A stretch of 64,000 nt of DNA from positions 54,064,001 through 54,128,000 of the forward strand of contig OX597829.1 in assembly GCA_951406725.2 (NCBI GenBank), written 5' to 3'. The notes under the pieces are model-generated. The model saw only the letters and a program-made list of their open reading frames with translations. It was not told the origin of the DNA and ran no database searches. A program made the position numbers and the translations under genes. Position 1 is the first letter of the stretch. Every line of letters starts with the position of its first letter. The stretch comes from Octopus vulgaris. Taxonomy: Eukaryota. Shown piece after piece: positions 13,428 through 25,784 of this stretch.

Positions 13428-13703
13428 AGCATGGCTGTTTGGTAAGAAGTATACTTCTCAACCACATGGTTCGAGGTTCAGTCCCACTGCATGGCTCCTT
13501 GGGCAAATGTCTTCTACTATAGCTTCAGGCCGACCAAAATCTTGAGTGAATTTCGTATTGAGAAACTGAAAGAATGTGAGCGCACGTGCGTGTGTGTATC
13601 TCTCTTAAAAAAATGTCCTGTGGTCGATTCATTCAAGTAAAATTCCTCAAGGTGGTTCCCCAGCATGGCTGCAGTCTGATAACTGAAACAAGTAAAAAGA
13701 TAA

Positions 13704-13707
<4 letters not shown>
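13428..13707 (+). mobile_element. SINE family A copy
   Basis: tggctgtttggtaag...ggttcagtcccactgc head, aactgaaacaagtaaaa tail. Confidence 0.75.
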
Positions 13708-13739
<32 letters not shown>

Positions 13740-13816
13740 ATAAATATTAGGGAATAAATCCAAACTTACAGGGAAAAATCAGATTTAGGAATGAATCCAA
13801 TTTTATAGTAAAATAT

Positions 13817-14235
13817 TATATTATATTAAATTAGAGACAAAACCACTATTAGGCAAATCAAACAATGAAAAGCCTTAAGCCAATACATATGATTAATTTA
13901 TATTATTTAAATATGTAACAAAATTATTAAAAAAATATAATTAATATCACACTATGATCGTTTCATGCCTGCTGTCTTCAAATTTTTGAGTCGCAGTCAT
14001 TCATCAGGTGGTTTAAACCTCATCAAGAAAAATATTTAAACCACCTGATGAATGACTGCGACTCAAAAATTTGAAGACAGCAGGCATGAAACGATCGTAG
14101 TGTGATATTAATTATATTTTTTTAATAATTTTGTTACATATTTAAATAATATAAATTAATCATATGTATTGGCTTAAGGCTTTTCATTGTTTGATTTGCC
14201 TAATAGTGGTTTTGTCTCTAATTTAATATAATATA
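13817..14235. repeat. near-perfect 201-bp-arm palindrome (17-nt loop) in a (TA)n tract; putative Penelope-like inverted pseudo-LTR
   Basis: Arms 13817-14017 and 14035-14235, one mismatch seen; (TA)n on both sides. Confidence 0.9.
14042..14102 (+). ncRNA. minimal type I hammerhead ribozyme motif (canonical core)
   Basis: cac-CTGATGA-atgactgc...gcaggcat-GAAA-cgatcg-TA-gtg: stem I cac/gtg, stem II, palindromic stem III, GUA cleavage triplet. Mirror copy 13950-14010 (-) has the stem III G mutated. Confidence 0.75.
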
Positions 14236-15133
14236 TATATATATATATATATAAAAACACTCATTCATACATACACTTAATCATATACATTATTTACATA
14301 CCTTTACAAGGCACACAACAAATAATCGTTTGTTTAGAACTCAGCATATTTTATTACACACTAATATATATACACTCAGAATGTATACATTCATGCCAGT
14401 GTACAGGTTGTGTAGATCATAGAGTAAAAGTACAATTTTATGTACAATATAAACCTATCCTTTTCTCACACATATGAGCTCAGCCCAATTCATTTTCATT
14501 TACTTAGATTAGCAACTTATTCATATATCATATAATATATTCTAATAAATGATATTTCGAAATCTCTGTAACTGACCCTAAATATCCAACATTTTTTATA
14601 TATTATGCTAATATTCTAAGGTGGTGAACTGACAGAGACATTAGCACACCGGGTGAAATGTTTAGTGGTATTTTGTCTGTCTCTACGTTCTGAGCTCAAA
14701 TTCCGACAAGGTCGACTTTGCCTTTCATCCTTTCAGGGTTGATAAATTAAGTACCAGTTGCATGCTGGAGTCGATCTAGTCAACTGGCTCCCTCTCCCCA
14801 AATTTTTGGGTCTTGTGCTCAGAATAGAAAAGATTATGTTAAAATTCTTGGAAACAACATCAGTTGACCAGCTAGAGCCCCACAGTAGTTATACACAACA
14901 TTTTATTTTTTCATTTAGAAAGGCAAATTTATGAATCTGTTTTCATTTTAGTGTTTAATTTCAAAGAGTATAAACGAGTAAAACACTATAGTCATTACCA
15001 CTGGTATGAGTTTACTTCACTTTTGCTTCAAAAATGATTTGTCATCAAAGAGTGGAATGAATGAATTAACCATATTTGATCTCTGATTTTGAAATACTTT
15101 TAAATAAACTTATTGTATCATTTTATTTTACAG

Positions 15134-15771
15134 ACCACTCTTAAAATTCACAAGAACATTCCAATCGATACAACAGAAAGATTTCTTGCCAAAGGAGGAG
15201 ATTCCTTATTAGCAATGCAATTTATTAACAGATTACAGCTTGATCTTAATTTGCAACTCAACCATATTCTTCCTTTGGTGTTACACAACCCATACAAAGA
15301 CATTCTAGACATTGTAAGAGAATCATTATCAAAATATAAACACTCTACAACTGACGAGGAAAGTAAACCTAGTGAACTAAAATTGAGCAGTGACAATTGG
15401 AAAGATATGAATAAGTCTGTGGAAAAGAAACACCTGGAAAATGTTCAAAATACGCAGCCACATTCAACTGACAGTGTAAATTATATCAATCATAGACAGA
15501 AGAATATTATTCCAAAACTTAGCAAAGATTCTTTAGGGAAACCTGAAAATGTTAATGTTGATGATGATAAAATATTGCCTAAAAAGAAGACGAAGACAAA
15601 TAATGTATCCAATAATCATTATGGTCTCCAACCAAAAAGTGATAACATTTCTTTAGAATTTCCAAAGTTAAATTCAGTCTGCTGCCATCACAGGAAAAAA
15701 GAAGTAAATATTCGTTGGACTTACAATACTGGAAAGTGTGTGGATGCTTCACCCGTTGTGGCACAGTTGAG
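15134..15771 (+). CDS. AASDH: AASDH internal exon (phosphopantetheine carrier domain, linker, start of PQQ-type propeller)
   Basis: ttttacag acceptor, gtaatt donor. Contains FLAKGGDSL (Ppant serine motif) and RWTYNTGKCVDASPVV. Confidence 0.93.
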
Positions 15772-16280
15772 GTAATTGTCATGAGTTACTTCATTTAATT
15801 TTACTATTATTTTATCTCATAATTTGTTTGGCATCTATTTTGCAGTTGATTTCAGGAAGTTTTGATTTTAGCCAATATTTCTTTGACACATTCTTGTTGT
15901 TTCTGCAATGTTTTTCATGAAACATACATACATACATATATACACAGATACATGCACACACTAGTTGTAAAATGTTCAGAATATACTCATCAATTACATG
16001 GTATAGGAAAAATAAAATGTTGAAAACATGCTGAATGTTTTTAACTAATTATATAATACAATATCACTCACAGTTTTATATAATTTCTTAAAAAAAAATA
16101 TAAAATAGTCATAGATCTTTCTCATACGTTTTCAACTCTTGTGAATTTTCAGAGTTGCTAAATGTCTTTATATAATTTCAACATACAATATAAAGCTAAG
16201 AACAAGTATTTTCCTATGGTGCTTATGGTATTTTGTTTTATTTGGTTTGTAAGATTCTTTATGTGAATTCGAAGCATATT

Positions 16281-16516
16281 CTGTTGTGCCTGGGGAGAGT
16301 CATTCTCTTTTGGTGCCTTATAATTTAACACACTCACTAGTAAAATTTCCACTTATTTCTTTTTTATTTTACTAAAATTTTCGTTGCACTATTGAAAATG
16401 TTGCAAGACGCAATGAACATTTTAGAAAAATAAAAATAAAAAATGTGGAAATTTTACCATTGAGTGTGTTAATGTATAAGGCACCAAAAGAGACTGACTC
16501 TCCCCAAACACAACAG
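16281..16516. repeat. diverged inverted repeat with a hammerhead-like motif at its centre
   Basis: Arms 16281-16387 and 16410-16516. Centre acta-TTGAAAA-tgttgc-aagac-gcaat-GAAC-attt-taga; the opposite arm preserves gcaac-GAAA-attt-tagt. Confidence 0.8.
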
Positions 16517-17219
16517 CTTATGGTATTATTATTGACAATGTTTGTAACAAGGGACATAAGTTATGATGTCACGTCAATGAAAACACAATGCATTTGATCT
16601 GATCTGTCATTTGTTTACAAACTGTATTTCTTTATCAAACAATTTGTTGCTTTGTTGTTGAACTTCCACAAATCAATTGTAAAATTAAATAATGTGCTTT
16701 CTCTTCAATTATATCTTTGTTGACACAGGAGAATTTTTCTAATGTACAGCTCTCAAATTGGCTGATGGTGTCATATCAGTTTTCTAAAAGAGTCATGCTT
16801 GTTAGACTAATATAAAGTTCTTACCAACCTCTTCATGCTAAGATATATAATAAATTTTTGAAGAAATGTAAAAAAATTGTTATTAGTCATATGCTCCATG
16901 GTTTTGTTATTTGCATTTACTTCTACAATCTCTGTTTTTTAGTGTAGTTTTCTGCATGTAGCATCATCATCATTTTAATGTCCACTTTTTCATGCTTAGT
17001 TGGGTTGGACAGAGTTTGTTGAGGTAGATTTCTTTTTAATTTTTTTATGGATGAATACCCTTCTTGTTGCCATTTCTTACCTGTTTCCAAGCAAGGTAAT
17101 GTTACCCCATGGCCAGACATGTTTTACATTGAAAACTGAATGACATCACTTACTTGATAGTGACACACATTTACAACTATCATGCAATGCCAAGGCAAGA
17201 AGACACAAACATACACATG

Positions 17220-17220
<1 letters not shown>

Positions 17221-17279
<59 letters not shown>

Positions 17280-17319
17280 TATATATACATACATACATAC
17301 ATACACACACACACATATA

Positions 17320-17351
<32 letters not shown>

Positions 17352-17382
17352 CACATACATACATACATACATACATACATAC
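17221..17382. repeat. (CA)n/(TA)n/(CATA)n compound microsatellite
   Basis: Seen directly. Similar tracts occur at about 25391, 26720, 34405, 34980, 35655, 38580-38860, 44305, 44840, 56290-56470, 60290 and 61500-61765. Confidence 0.95.
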
Positions 17383-18015
17383 ATTATTCATATAAAAATA
17401 CAGTGCTCATTTAAACACATAAGAGATGGCCATAACAGGACATCTGACTCGCTAGAAAGAGTAGTTAAACTACAAACCACTATTAGGGGTAATTTCGAAA
17501 GGGAATGAAAAATAAAAACATTTACCCTATATTTCCTGGACTATGCATAGTTTCAAGCAACCTTTTGTAAATAAAATAATTTAACAATTGTCGAAGCTCT
17601 CATCAAGAACATGCCTCATGTTTATATGTTACAATTTTTCAAAATCCACCGTGCACACGCGGTTTTTTATCAGCAGCAAATACAAAAAATGTCGATTTTC
17701 TTTCAAAATTACCCAAAAAACATTTTATCATTAATTAATAAATCTTTGAGTAGCAAAAAAAATTTAGAAAAATTCTTTGCTACCAGTGGTCTGTACTTTT
17801 CATTCCCTTTCAAAATTACCCCCAATAGTTGTTTGTAGTTTAACTACTCATTCTAGCGAGTCAGATGTCCTGTTATGGCCATCTCTTATGTGTTTAAATG
17901 TACACTGAATTTTTATATGAATAATATATAATCTATTGACTAGTTTTTTCTTCTCACTAGACCACTGGTAGCAAAGAATTTTTCTAAACTTTTTTTGCTA
18001 CCATAAGATTTATTA

Positions 18016-18018
<3 letters not shown>
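17383..18018. repeat. interleaved inverted repeats A-B-A'-B' between microsatellites
   Basis: A 17383-17510 / A' 17797-17925; B 17733-17792 / B' 17959-18018. Confidence 0.85.
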
Positions 18019-18046
<28 letters not shown>

Positions 18047-18049
<3 letters not shown>

Positions 18050-18196
18050 GGAATTTACAAAAAAAACAAAAGACGAAGACGGGTGTGTAAACAACAAACA
18101 GATGTATTAGTTTATTGCTTAGAAAGTGAGAGTCTTTTATGTTTCGTGCCTATGCTCTTCAACAGAAAGGAACACAGAAATAAACAGAGAGAGAAT
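18047..18196 (-). mobile_element. short (TA)n-embedded element with variant hammerhead (putative solo Penelope pseudo-LTR)
   Basis: cttt-CTGTTGA-agagc-atag-gcac-GAAA-ca-TA-aaag at 18134-18169 (-); homologous to 46632-46797 and 54690-54850. Confidence 0.65.
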
Positions 18197-18220
18197 ATAT
18201 ATATATATATATATATATAT

Positions 18221-20107
18221 CATCATCATCATCATCATTTAGCGTCCGTTTTCCATGCTAGCATGGGTTGGACGGTTCTGCTGGGGTCTGTGAAGCCAGA
18301 AGGCTTCATCAGGCCCAGTCAAATCTGGCAGTGTTTCTACGGCTGGATGCCCTTCCTAACGCCAACCACTCCGTGAGTGTAGTGGGTGCTTTTTACGTGC
18401 CACCCGCACTGGTGCCAGACAGAGCTGGCAAACGGCCACGAACGGATGGTGCTTTTTATGTGCCACCGGCACGAGGGCCAGGCGAGGCTGGCAACGGACA
18501 CGAAACGGGGCGGTGCTGGCAACGGTCGCGAAACGGAAAGTTCTCTTACATGCCACCGGCACTGGTAACACATCTGCAATTTCCATTGATCGATTTCCAT
18601 TGATCGATTTCGATTCTGATCCTCACTTGCCTCAATGGGTCTTCACAAGCAGAGTTTCGACATGCCACCGGCACTGGTAGCACATCCGCAATTTCCATTG
18701 ATCGATTTCGATTCTGATCCTCACTTGCCTCAACACGTCTTCACAAGTAGAGTTTTGTGTCCCAAGAAGGGAAGGTATGCATACGTAGGCTGGCTCCATC
18801 CCATGTAGAAGGCCACGGGTTGTGGACTCACTTGTCCTGCCGGGTCTTCTCGCGCACAGCACACTTCCAGAGGTCTCGGTCTCTAGTCATTTCCTCAGTG
18901 AGACCTAAAGTTCGAAGGTTGTGCTTCACCACCTCGTCCCAGGTTTTCCTGGGTCTGCCTCTTCCACAGGTTCCCTCAACCGCTAGGGCGTGGCACTTTT
19001 TCACACAACTATCTTCATCCATTCTCGCCACATGACCATACCAGCGCAAACGTCTCTCTTGCACACCACAACTGATGCTTCTTAGGTCCAGCTTTTCTCT
19101 CAAGGTACTTACACTCTGCCGAGTGTGAGTACTGACATTACACATCCATCGGAGCATACTGGCTTCATTTCTAGCGAGCTTACGCATATCCTCAGCAGTC
19201 ACGGCCCATGTTTCACTGCCATGTAGCATGGCTGTTCGTACACACGCATCATACAGTCTGCCTTTCACTCTGTGCGAGAGGCCTTTTGTCACCAGCAGAG
19301 GTAAGAGCTCTCTGAACTTTGCCCAAGCTATTCTTACTCTAGCAGTTACACTTTCAGCACACCCGCCCCCGCTGCTGACTTGGTCACCTAGGTAACGGAA
19401 ACTATCAACTATTTCTAGTTTTTCTCCCTGGAAAGTGACAGAAGTTGGTCTCAGAGCATTTTCAGTGTTTATTGTTCCTGAGCATCTGCCACATACAAAA
19501 ACCATCTTCCTAGTTAGCCTTCCTTTGACATTGCTGCATCTCTTATGTGTCCATAGCTTACACTTGGTGCATCTTATAGAGTTTCTACCTACACCTTTTC
19601 TACAGATCGAGCAGGGCCATCTACCTGAAGGTGTTTGTGATTTGTCAACCTTCCTACTGATTACGACTTTGGTTTTAGCTAGATTGACTCTAAGGCCCTT
19701 CGATTCTAATCCTTGTTTCCACACCTGAAACTTCTCCTCCAGTTCTGATAGCGACTCAGCAATTAGAGCAAGGTCATCAGCATAGAGGAGCTCCCAAGGG
19801 CATCCTGTCTTGAATTCCTCCGTTATTGCCTGGAGGACTATGATAAATAGGAGGGGCTGAGTACTGAGCCTTGGTGGACCCCTACCTCTACCCGGAATTC
19901 TTCACTGTACTCATTTCCAACCCTCACCCTACTAGCGGCGTCCCTATACATGGCCCGCACAGCTCTCACTAACCATTCATCTATCCCTAGTTTTCTCATT
20001 GCCCACCAGATAAGGGATCGGGGGACCCTGTCGAAGGCTTTCTCCATGTCAACAAAAGCCAGGTACAGGGGCTTATCTTTGGCTAGGTATTTCTCCTGCA
20101 GCTGCCA
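18221..20107 (-). mobile_element. 5'-truncated, well-preserved RTE-clade LINE inserted in (TA)n
   Basis: RT motifs AFVDMEKAFDRV, GVHQGSVLSP, LYADDL (about 19770-19790), FRYLG, LHGSETW, RRLRWYGHV, GRPRKTW. One 1-bp frameshift near 19855; 3' UTR with tandem units; (GAT)n tail. Confidence 0.95.
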
Positions 20108-20129
20108 TATATATATATGGTGCATTTGC

Positions 20130-21341
20130 TTTTAATAATTCTGCAGAGAAAGAGGCTTGGAGATGCCATTATGAAAGACTGCTGAAGAACATGGAGAATG
20201 AATGGGAGGAGGAGACCCTGCTAAATGTTGACTCAATTGAGGGACCATCTACTTGAATAGACAGTACCCTGGTAAATAAAACAATTAGGGATATGAAGAC
20301 AGGAAAAGCCTCTGGCCTACTCAAGATCACAACTGAGATACTTAAAATATATGATGGTGTGGGTTTTGGTCTAGTCACCTGTATTATAAATCAGGTGGTT
20401 CATGAAGGAGTCATACCCAATTATTGGTGGAGCAGCACCATAGTCAACTGCTATAAAGGTAAAGCTGATGCCTTAGATAGAAATAACTACAGGGTATCAA
20501 ATTATTGGATCAGGTGATGAAAGTTACCGCATAGCCCAACTAATTAAGGAGAGAGTTAGCCTAGATGAGATGCAGTTTGGTTTTGTGCCAGGTAGAAGCA
20601 CCATTGATTCTATATTTCTGGTAAGACAATTGCAGGAGAAATACCTAGCCAAAGATAAACCTCTGTACTTGGCTTTTGTTGACTTGGAGAAAGACTTTGA
20701 CAGAGTCCCCTGATCCCTTATCTGGTGGTCAATGCAGAAATAGGAATAGATGAGTGGTTGGTGAGAGCTGTACAAGCCTTGTACAGGGACACTACCAGTA
20801 AGGTGAGGGGAGACAACGAGTACAGCTGAGAATTCAGGGTACAAGTTGGGGTTCACCAAGGATCAGTGCTCAGCCCCCTCTTGTTCATCATAGTCCTTCA
20901 AGCAGTAACAGAGGAATTGAAGACAGACTGCCCCTGGGAGCTCCTCTGTGCTGATGACCTTGCTCTTATAGCTGAATCATTACCTGAACTAGAGAAGAAG
21001 TTCCAGGTATGGAAGCAAGGTCTAGAATCAAAGGACCTTAGAGTTAACCTAGCAAAAACCAAAGTCATAGTGAGTAGGAAGGTAGGCAAATCACAAATCC
21101 CTTCAGGCAGATAGATCTGCTCGATCTGTAGAAAAGATGTACATAGAAACTCCGAGATGCACTAATGTAAGCTTTGGACATACAAAAGGTGCAGCAACAT
21201 CAGAGGAAGGTTAACAAGGAAACTAACTTTTGTATGTGGAAGGTGGACAGGTACAATAAACACTGAAAATGCACAGAGAATAGACTCCATCAACTTCCAG
21301 TGGGGCAAGCTAGATGTAGTAGATAGCTTCCAGTATCTTGG
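20130..21341 (+). mobile_element. older degenerate RTE LINE copy (linker and RT)
   Basis: MKTGKASG, CYKGKAD, DLEKDFDRV, GVHQGSVLSPLLF, LCADDL; several stops and frameshifts. Confidence 0.9.
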
Positions 21342-22440
21342 CTTCATAAAGGCTTTTGATAAGTCAGATCATGGTATATGTCACATGCTGTGAGATCTTG
21401 GCATAGCTGGTTAACTGGGAAAGTGGTTGCATGACTTCCTTAAAGAGAGAAGTCAGGCAGTTGCAGCCAATGGTGCCCTCTCTGAGGAAACTCAAATTCT
21501 AAGTGGCGTCCCCCAGGGAACTGTCTTGGGGCCCTTACTGTTTATAATAGCTCTCTTAGACACGCCCATGGTTACTTAGACAGCCACTGTCACTAGCTGT
21601 GCTGATAATACAAAATTATCATAGGCAATAAAGAATCCAGAATGAAATATACAATTGGGCTGAAATAAACAACATGCGGTTTAATGCTGGAAAATTTCAA
21701 GCACTATGCTGTTAGCTCACAAATATACCACAGCTTGCATATCCAGGACCCAAAGGCACTGCAATCCCAGAGTCACAGGCAATGAGAGACTTGGGGATCA
21801 TATGTAGATTAATCAAGATGGCAGCAAAGTGAAGACATCTGGCAGGATGGATACAAAGGTTCTTCAAGACAAGAGACCAAAAAGTTATGTTGACCCTGTG
21901 GAGGACCTTTATTCTCAACTGTCTGCACTACTGCTCTCAGCTATGGTCATCATGTAATGCCACACTAACAGCAGAGCTTGAAGTGGTCCAACATCACTAC
22001 ATTAAAAAGACTGTAACCATGCAGCAGATGAGCTACAGGGAAAGGCCGAAAAAACTGTGACTTTACTCCCTGGAATGAAGACGTGAGAGATATGTAATAA
22101 TCTACATATGGAAAACTCCAGAAGGGCTAGTGCCTAATTTTGGCATTGTGTGTTATACAAATGCCCAAACTGGATACTGTTGTATTGTACCAAAGGTACC
22201 CTCCACTCCATCTAAATTCAGGACCAGGTACTGCAATAGCTTAGGGCTCAAAGGCTCACAGTTCTTCAATTCTCTGCCACAAAAATGAAGAAACAAACTC
22301 AATGTGGACGTAAATGTCTTCAAAAAGGAAATTGACAATCTCCATTCCAAAATACTGGATGAACCAACAACCTGGCATGAGGTCAGTGATATCAAACTCC
22401 TTCATACACCAAATGGGCCAACACTCTGGGAAAAGCACAT
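21342..22440 (+). mobile_element. degenerate CR1/L2-type LINE RT and 3' region
   Basis: FIKAFDKSDH, SGVPQGTVLGPLLF, CADNT (decayed YADDT), NNMRFNAGKF, YCSQLW motifs. Confidence 0.8.
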
Positions 22441-22576
22441 GCAGGAGTAGTGATGTGAAACCCCACTGGCTTGAAGAAATCAACCAAAGAAGCATTGTAC
22501 ATAAAAGTGAAGAATCACAGTGGTGCTCCAGCATGACTGAAGCTGTGTGGCTGAAACAAACTAAAGAATAAAGAAC

Positions 22577-22900
22577 ATCATCGTCATCGTTTAATGTCCA
22601 CTTTCCATACTGGCATGGGTTGGACGGTTTGACTGGGGTCTGGCAAGCCAAGAGGCTGCACCAGGCTCAGTCTGATTTGGCAAAGTTTCTACAGCTGGAT
22701 GCCCTTCCTAAAACCAACCACTCCAAGAGTGTAGTGGGTGCTTTTTATGTGCCACCAGAATGGGAGTCAGTCTGGTGGCACTGACATCGACTACACTTGA
22801 ATGATGCTTTATACATGCTGCTGACACGGGTGCCAGTCAGGTGGCATTGGCATCAGCCGTGCTCTTATGGTGCTTTTTACATGCCACCAGCATGGGGAGA
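22577..22900 (-). mobile_element. RTE-LINE 3' UTR fragment
   Basis: Same tail family. Confidence 0.75.
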
Positions 22901-23687
22901 GCCAGTAGAAAACATTGCCTGAGGTGCCACCAGTGGGATTGAACTTAGAATCATGTGTTTAAGAAGTAAACTTCTTAGCACAGCCACATGATTATCATTT
23001 TTAACAATTTACTTTGCATTTTACTTTTAATAATTGGATGCATTCCTTTTACTTTTTTTTTTCTTACTCACCTGTATTACCTACCTGATAACAAGATAGG
23101 ATTTTGCTGAATATTTACAAAACCTTGATTCTTAAGTTTGAAAATATCTCAAAAACAGCATAAACTGTGACATATAATTTACTATGGAGTACATTACAAC
23201 AGGACAGTATTAAGAATACATTAGTAACAAACTTCCGTTCTTGAATAGTGATAAAATAAAATAAGAAATTAAGAATTACTGATAAGGCTTTTTATCTATA
23301 CTTTGTCAAGCAAAACATATTCAAGTCAACATTCCACTTAGTAAAGCAAATTTTTACAAAAGGTATGAAGGAAATGAAGGGAAAAAAATACCCCATTGAA
23401 TTCAGTCGATCGGGTAATTCAAAGAATGAAGCAAACCTTAAAAGCTGCTCGGCTTTCTGTCTTGACTTTTATCTCAAACTATGTTGAATCCTTTGTAAAT
23501 ATTCATCTAAGCCTACTATATTATTATGACATCAAACGATCAAAAAAATAACAGACATTTATTCTTGACAAGAAAAAATTTGTTAACAAAGATGAAACAA
23601 GCACAAAGGTACATACTAAAATTATGAATCTAAAAGTCAATAAATATAAACAACCAAACTGTATAGTATGTACCTATATATAATGTT

Positions 23688-23727
<40 letters not shown>

Positions 23728-24367
23728 GTACCACAAGGAGCCATTCTGTGTATAGCCCCTTGTGGGTAATAAAAAATCATGTATAATATGTATCTATATT
23801 TCAGAAGGTCCCAAATTTCATTTAAGGAAGGACCTACTTTGTAAACCAAAAATAATTTTTCATGTAGCTCTGAAAATTTAATATATATTTTAATATGCAA
23901 AGGCTACCAAGAAGTTTATATAGGCCTAAAAGACATGATATTCTGTGGAAGGATGAAATTACACCATCAACAAATTAGGGAGCCATACTCAAGAAATATT
24001 CCACTGAGTCAGTATACAGAGGGGTCTGATGCAACAAAGGTGTTAAGAGGTAAAGGATGTATTGATCAAGGATGCTTGAGTGGAGGAAGATTGACACTAG
24101 CCAACTCCAGGGAACAGAGGCCATTATAATAACAATAGAAAATCCATGAAAGAGATAGCACCCACTACACTTTCAGAGTGGTTGGCATGTTTCTTAGTGA
24201 TTTAATCCCATTCAGTAAAATGTCTGTGCATATAACAACAGTACTATCCCAGATGTAGGAGCTGTACTCCATTGTAATTCCCAGTTAATCTTTTTGTGAA
24301 GTATTCATAATTGTAAGCTGAAATATTTTCTTACCCTTAAGAGAAAGGCCAGTATTTAGGATTCAGT

Positions 24368-24752
24368 TTGGACGTTATCAAAGAAGCTTGAGAGGCGGTT
24401 GGATGGAACCTACACTCGCCTCCTTATGAGAGCTCAAAATCTCTCGTGGAAGTGTCATCCAACCAAAATGCAAATATATGGGAAACTACCACCTGTGTCA
24501 TCTCTTGTGAAAGGTGGGAGAGTCCAGTTTGCTGGACATTGTTGTAGAGCTGAAAACGAGGTAATTTCTACTCTTCTCCTCTGGAAGCCATCTACTCGCA
24601 ATACCAGAGGGTACACACTCTCCTACCCTGATGTAATCTCCAGGGATACAGGCATCCAGCAACAGGACCTCCGTAATGCCATGATGGACCGTGAAGTCTG
24701 GTGTAGCCAGGTAAATTCCATTGTCTCGACCACGGTCGAACAATGATGATGA
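24368..24752 (+). mobile_element. 5'-truncated LINE of a second RTE-like family, with 11-bp TSD
   Basis: Open frame WTLSKKLERRLDGTYTRLL...RVQFAGHCCR...MMDREVW, (tga)n tail, TSD taggattcagt at 24357-24367 and 24753-24763. Confidence 0.88.
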
Positions 24753-24899
24753 TAGGATTCAGTCCTTGAGACCTAGATGTGTTAAGGATGTGCTTTCACC
24801 AGTAGAGATCTTTAGTGATAGTGAAGCCCAACATTTGGATTAATCATGAGGTTTCTTGTTGAGTATCATTCGTGTTTGATGAGGTGTCGTAATATTTTT

Positions 24900-25385
24900 T
24901 GATATAAGATTGGCATATCCCCAGTAGAGGGTGTTCTATTGGTCTCTGTTCATACCTTCAATGCAGGTTTGGTGTCTTAAGTTGTGTGTGATGATGTATA
25001 GTTGAGAAAGGGTGAGGCAGGAATGAAAGGTTTGTATCATTTGCATAAGAGTAGGTATTGCCAGATATTGTGGCGAGTGAGTTGGGGGATAAAACTGGAA
25101 CCTGGAGTTGGTTGAAGGTGAAGCAGAGAGAACTCTGTGAAGTAATAGCATTTTCTGATGGGAAGCTACTGATTCAAGAGATAAGAGATGGTTTGTGCCT
25201 GTATGCGGGAAGTTTTGGTGGGGAATTTGCATGCAAGACATGGTTAAAGGCTTTTCAATAACATTGTTTTCATTGAACATCTGTAAAACAAGAGTCCACG
25301 GTCGAGCGACATAACAGAGTTGGTCTTCAGTGGATCTGGCGCTGTGGGAGCCATGTTGATGACTGCTAGAGTGACAGTCTTGATG
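24900..25385 (-). pseudogene. highly decayed non-LTR reverse transcriptase fragment
   Basis: Across frameshifts: IEKAFNHVLH-like, QGS..SP-like and SYANDT (YADD-like) motifs in the expected order. Confidence 0.45.
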
Positions 25386-25386
25386 T

Positions 25387-25438
<52 letters not shown>

Positions 25439-25784
25439 CATGACTCAAGTTTCATGTGACCATGATCTTCAGGTGAAAATTGTTGCAACTTAGTGGTGTA
25501 CGTTGTGAGTGTGATTTCTTGCTTATGTCTGTTAACTGGTTTACTTCTTGTCTTTGCTTATATTTATTGCTATTCTTGTTCCTCTTCATTGGTTACTTTT
25601 GTGACCTGGTGTTTACTATCCTTATTATAATGTAGAAAGCTGCTTAATTAGTTATGTAAAAGTTACTAAAAGAAAGCAATTATTGAATTATTGAAGGCTT
25701 AACCGTCTAGAAATTTTTTTTATAAGTCCATGTTCCAAGAAATTTCCTGTATTTTCAATTTCTGAAGTTTATTGAATATTTGAA

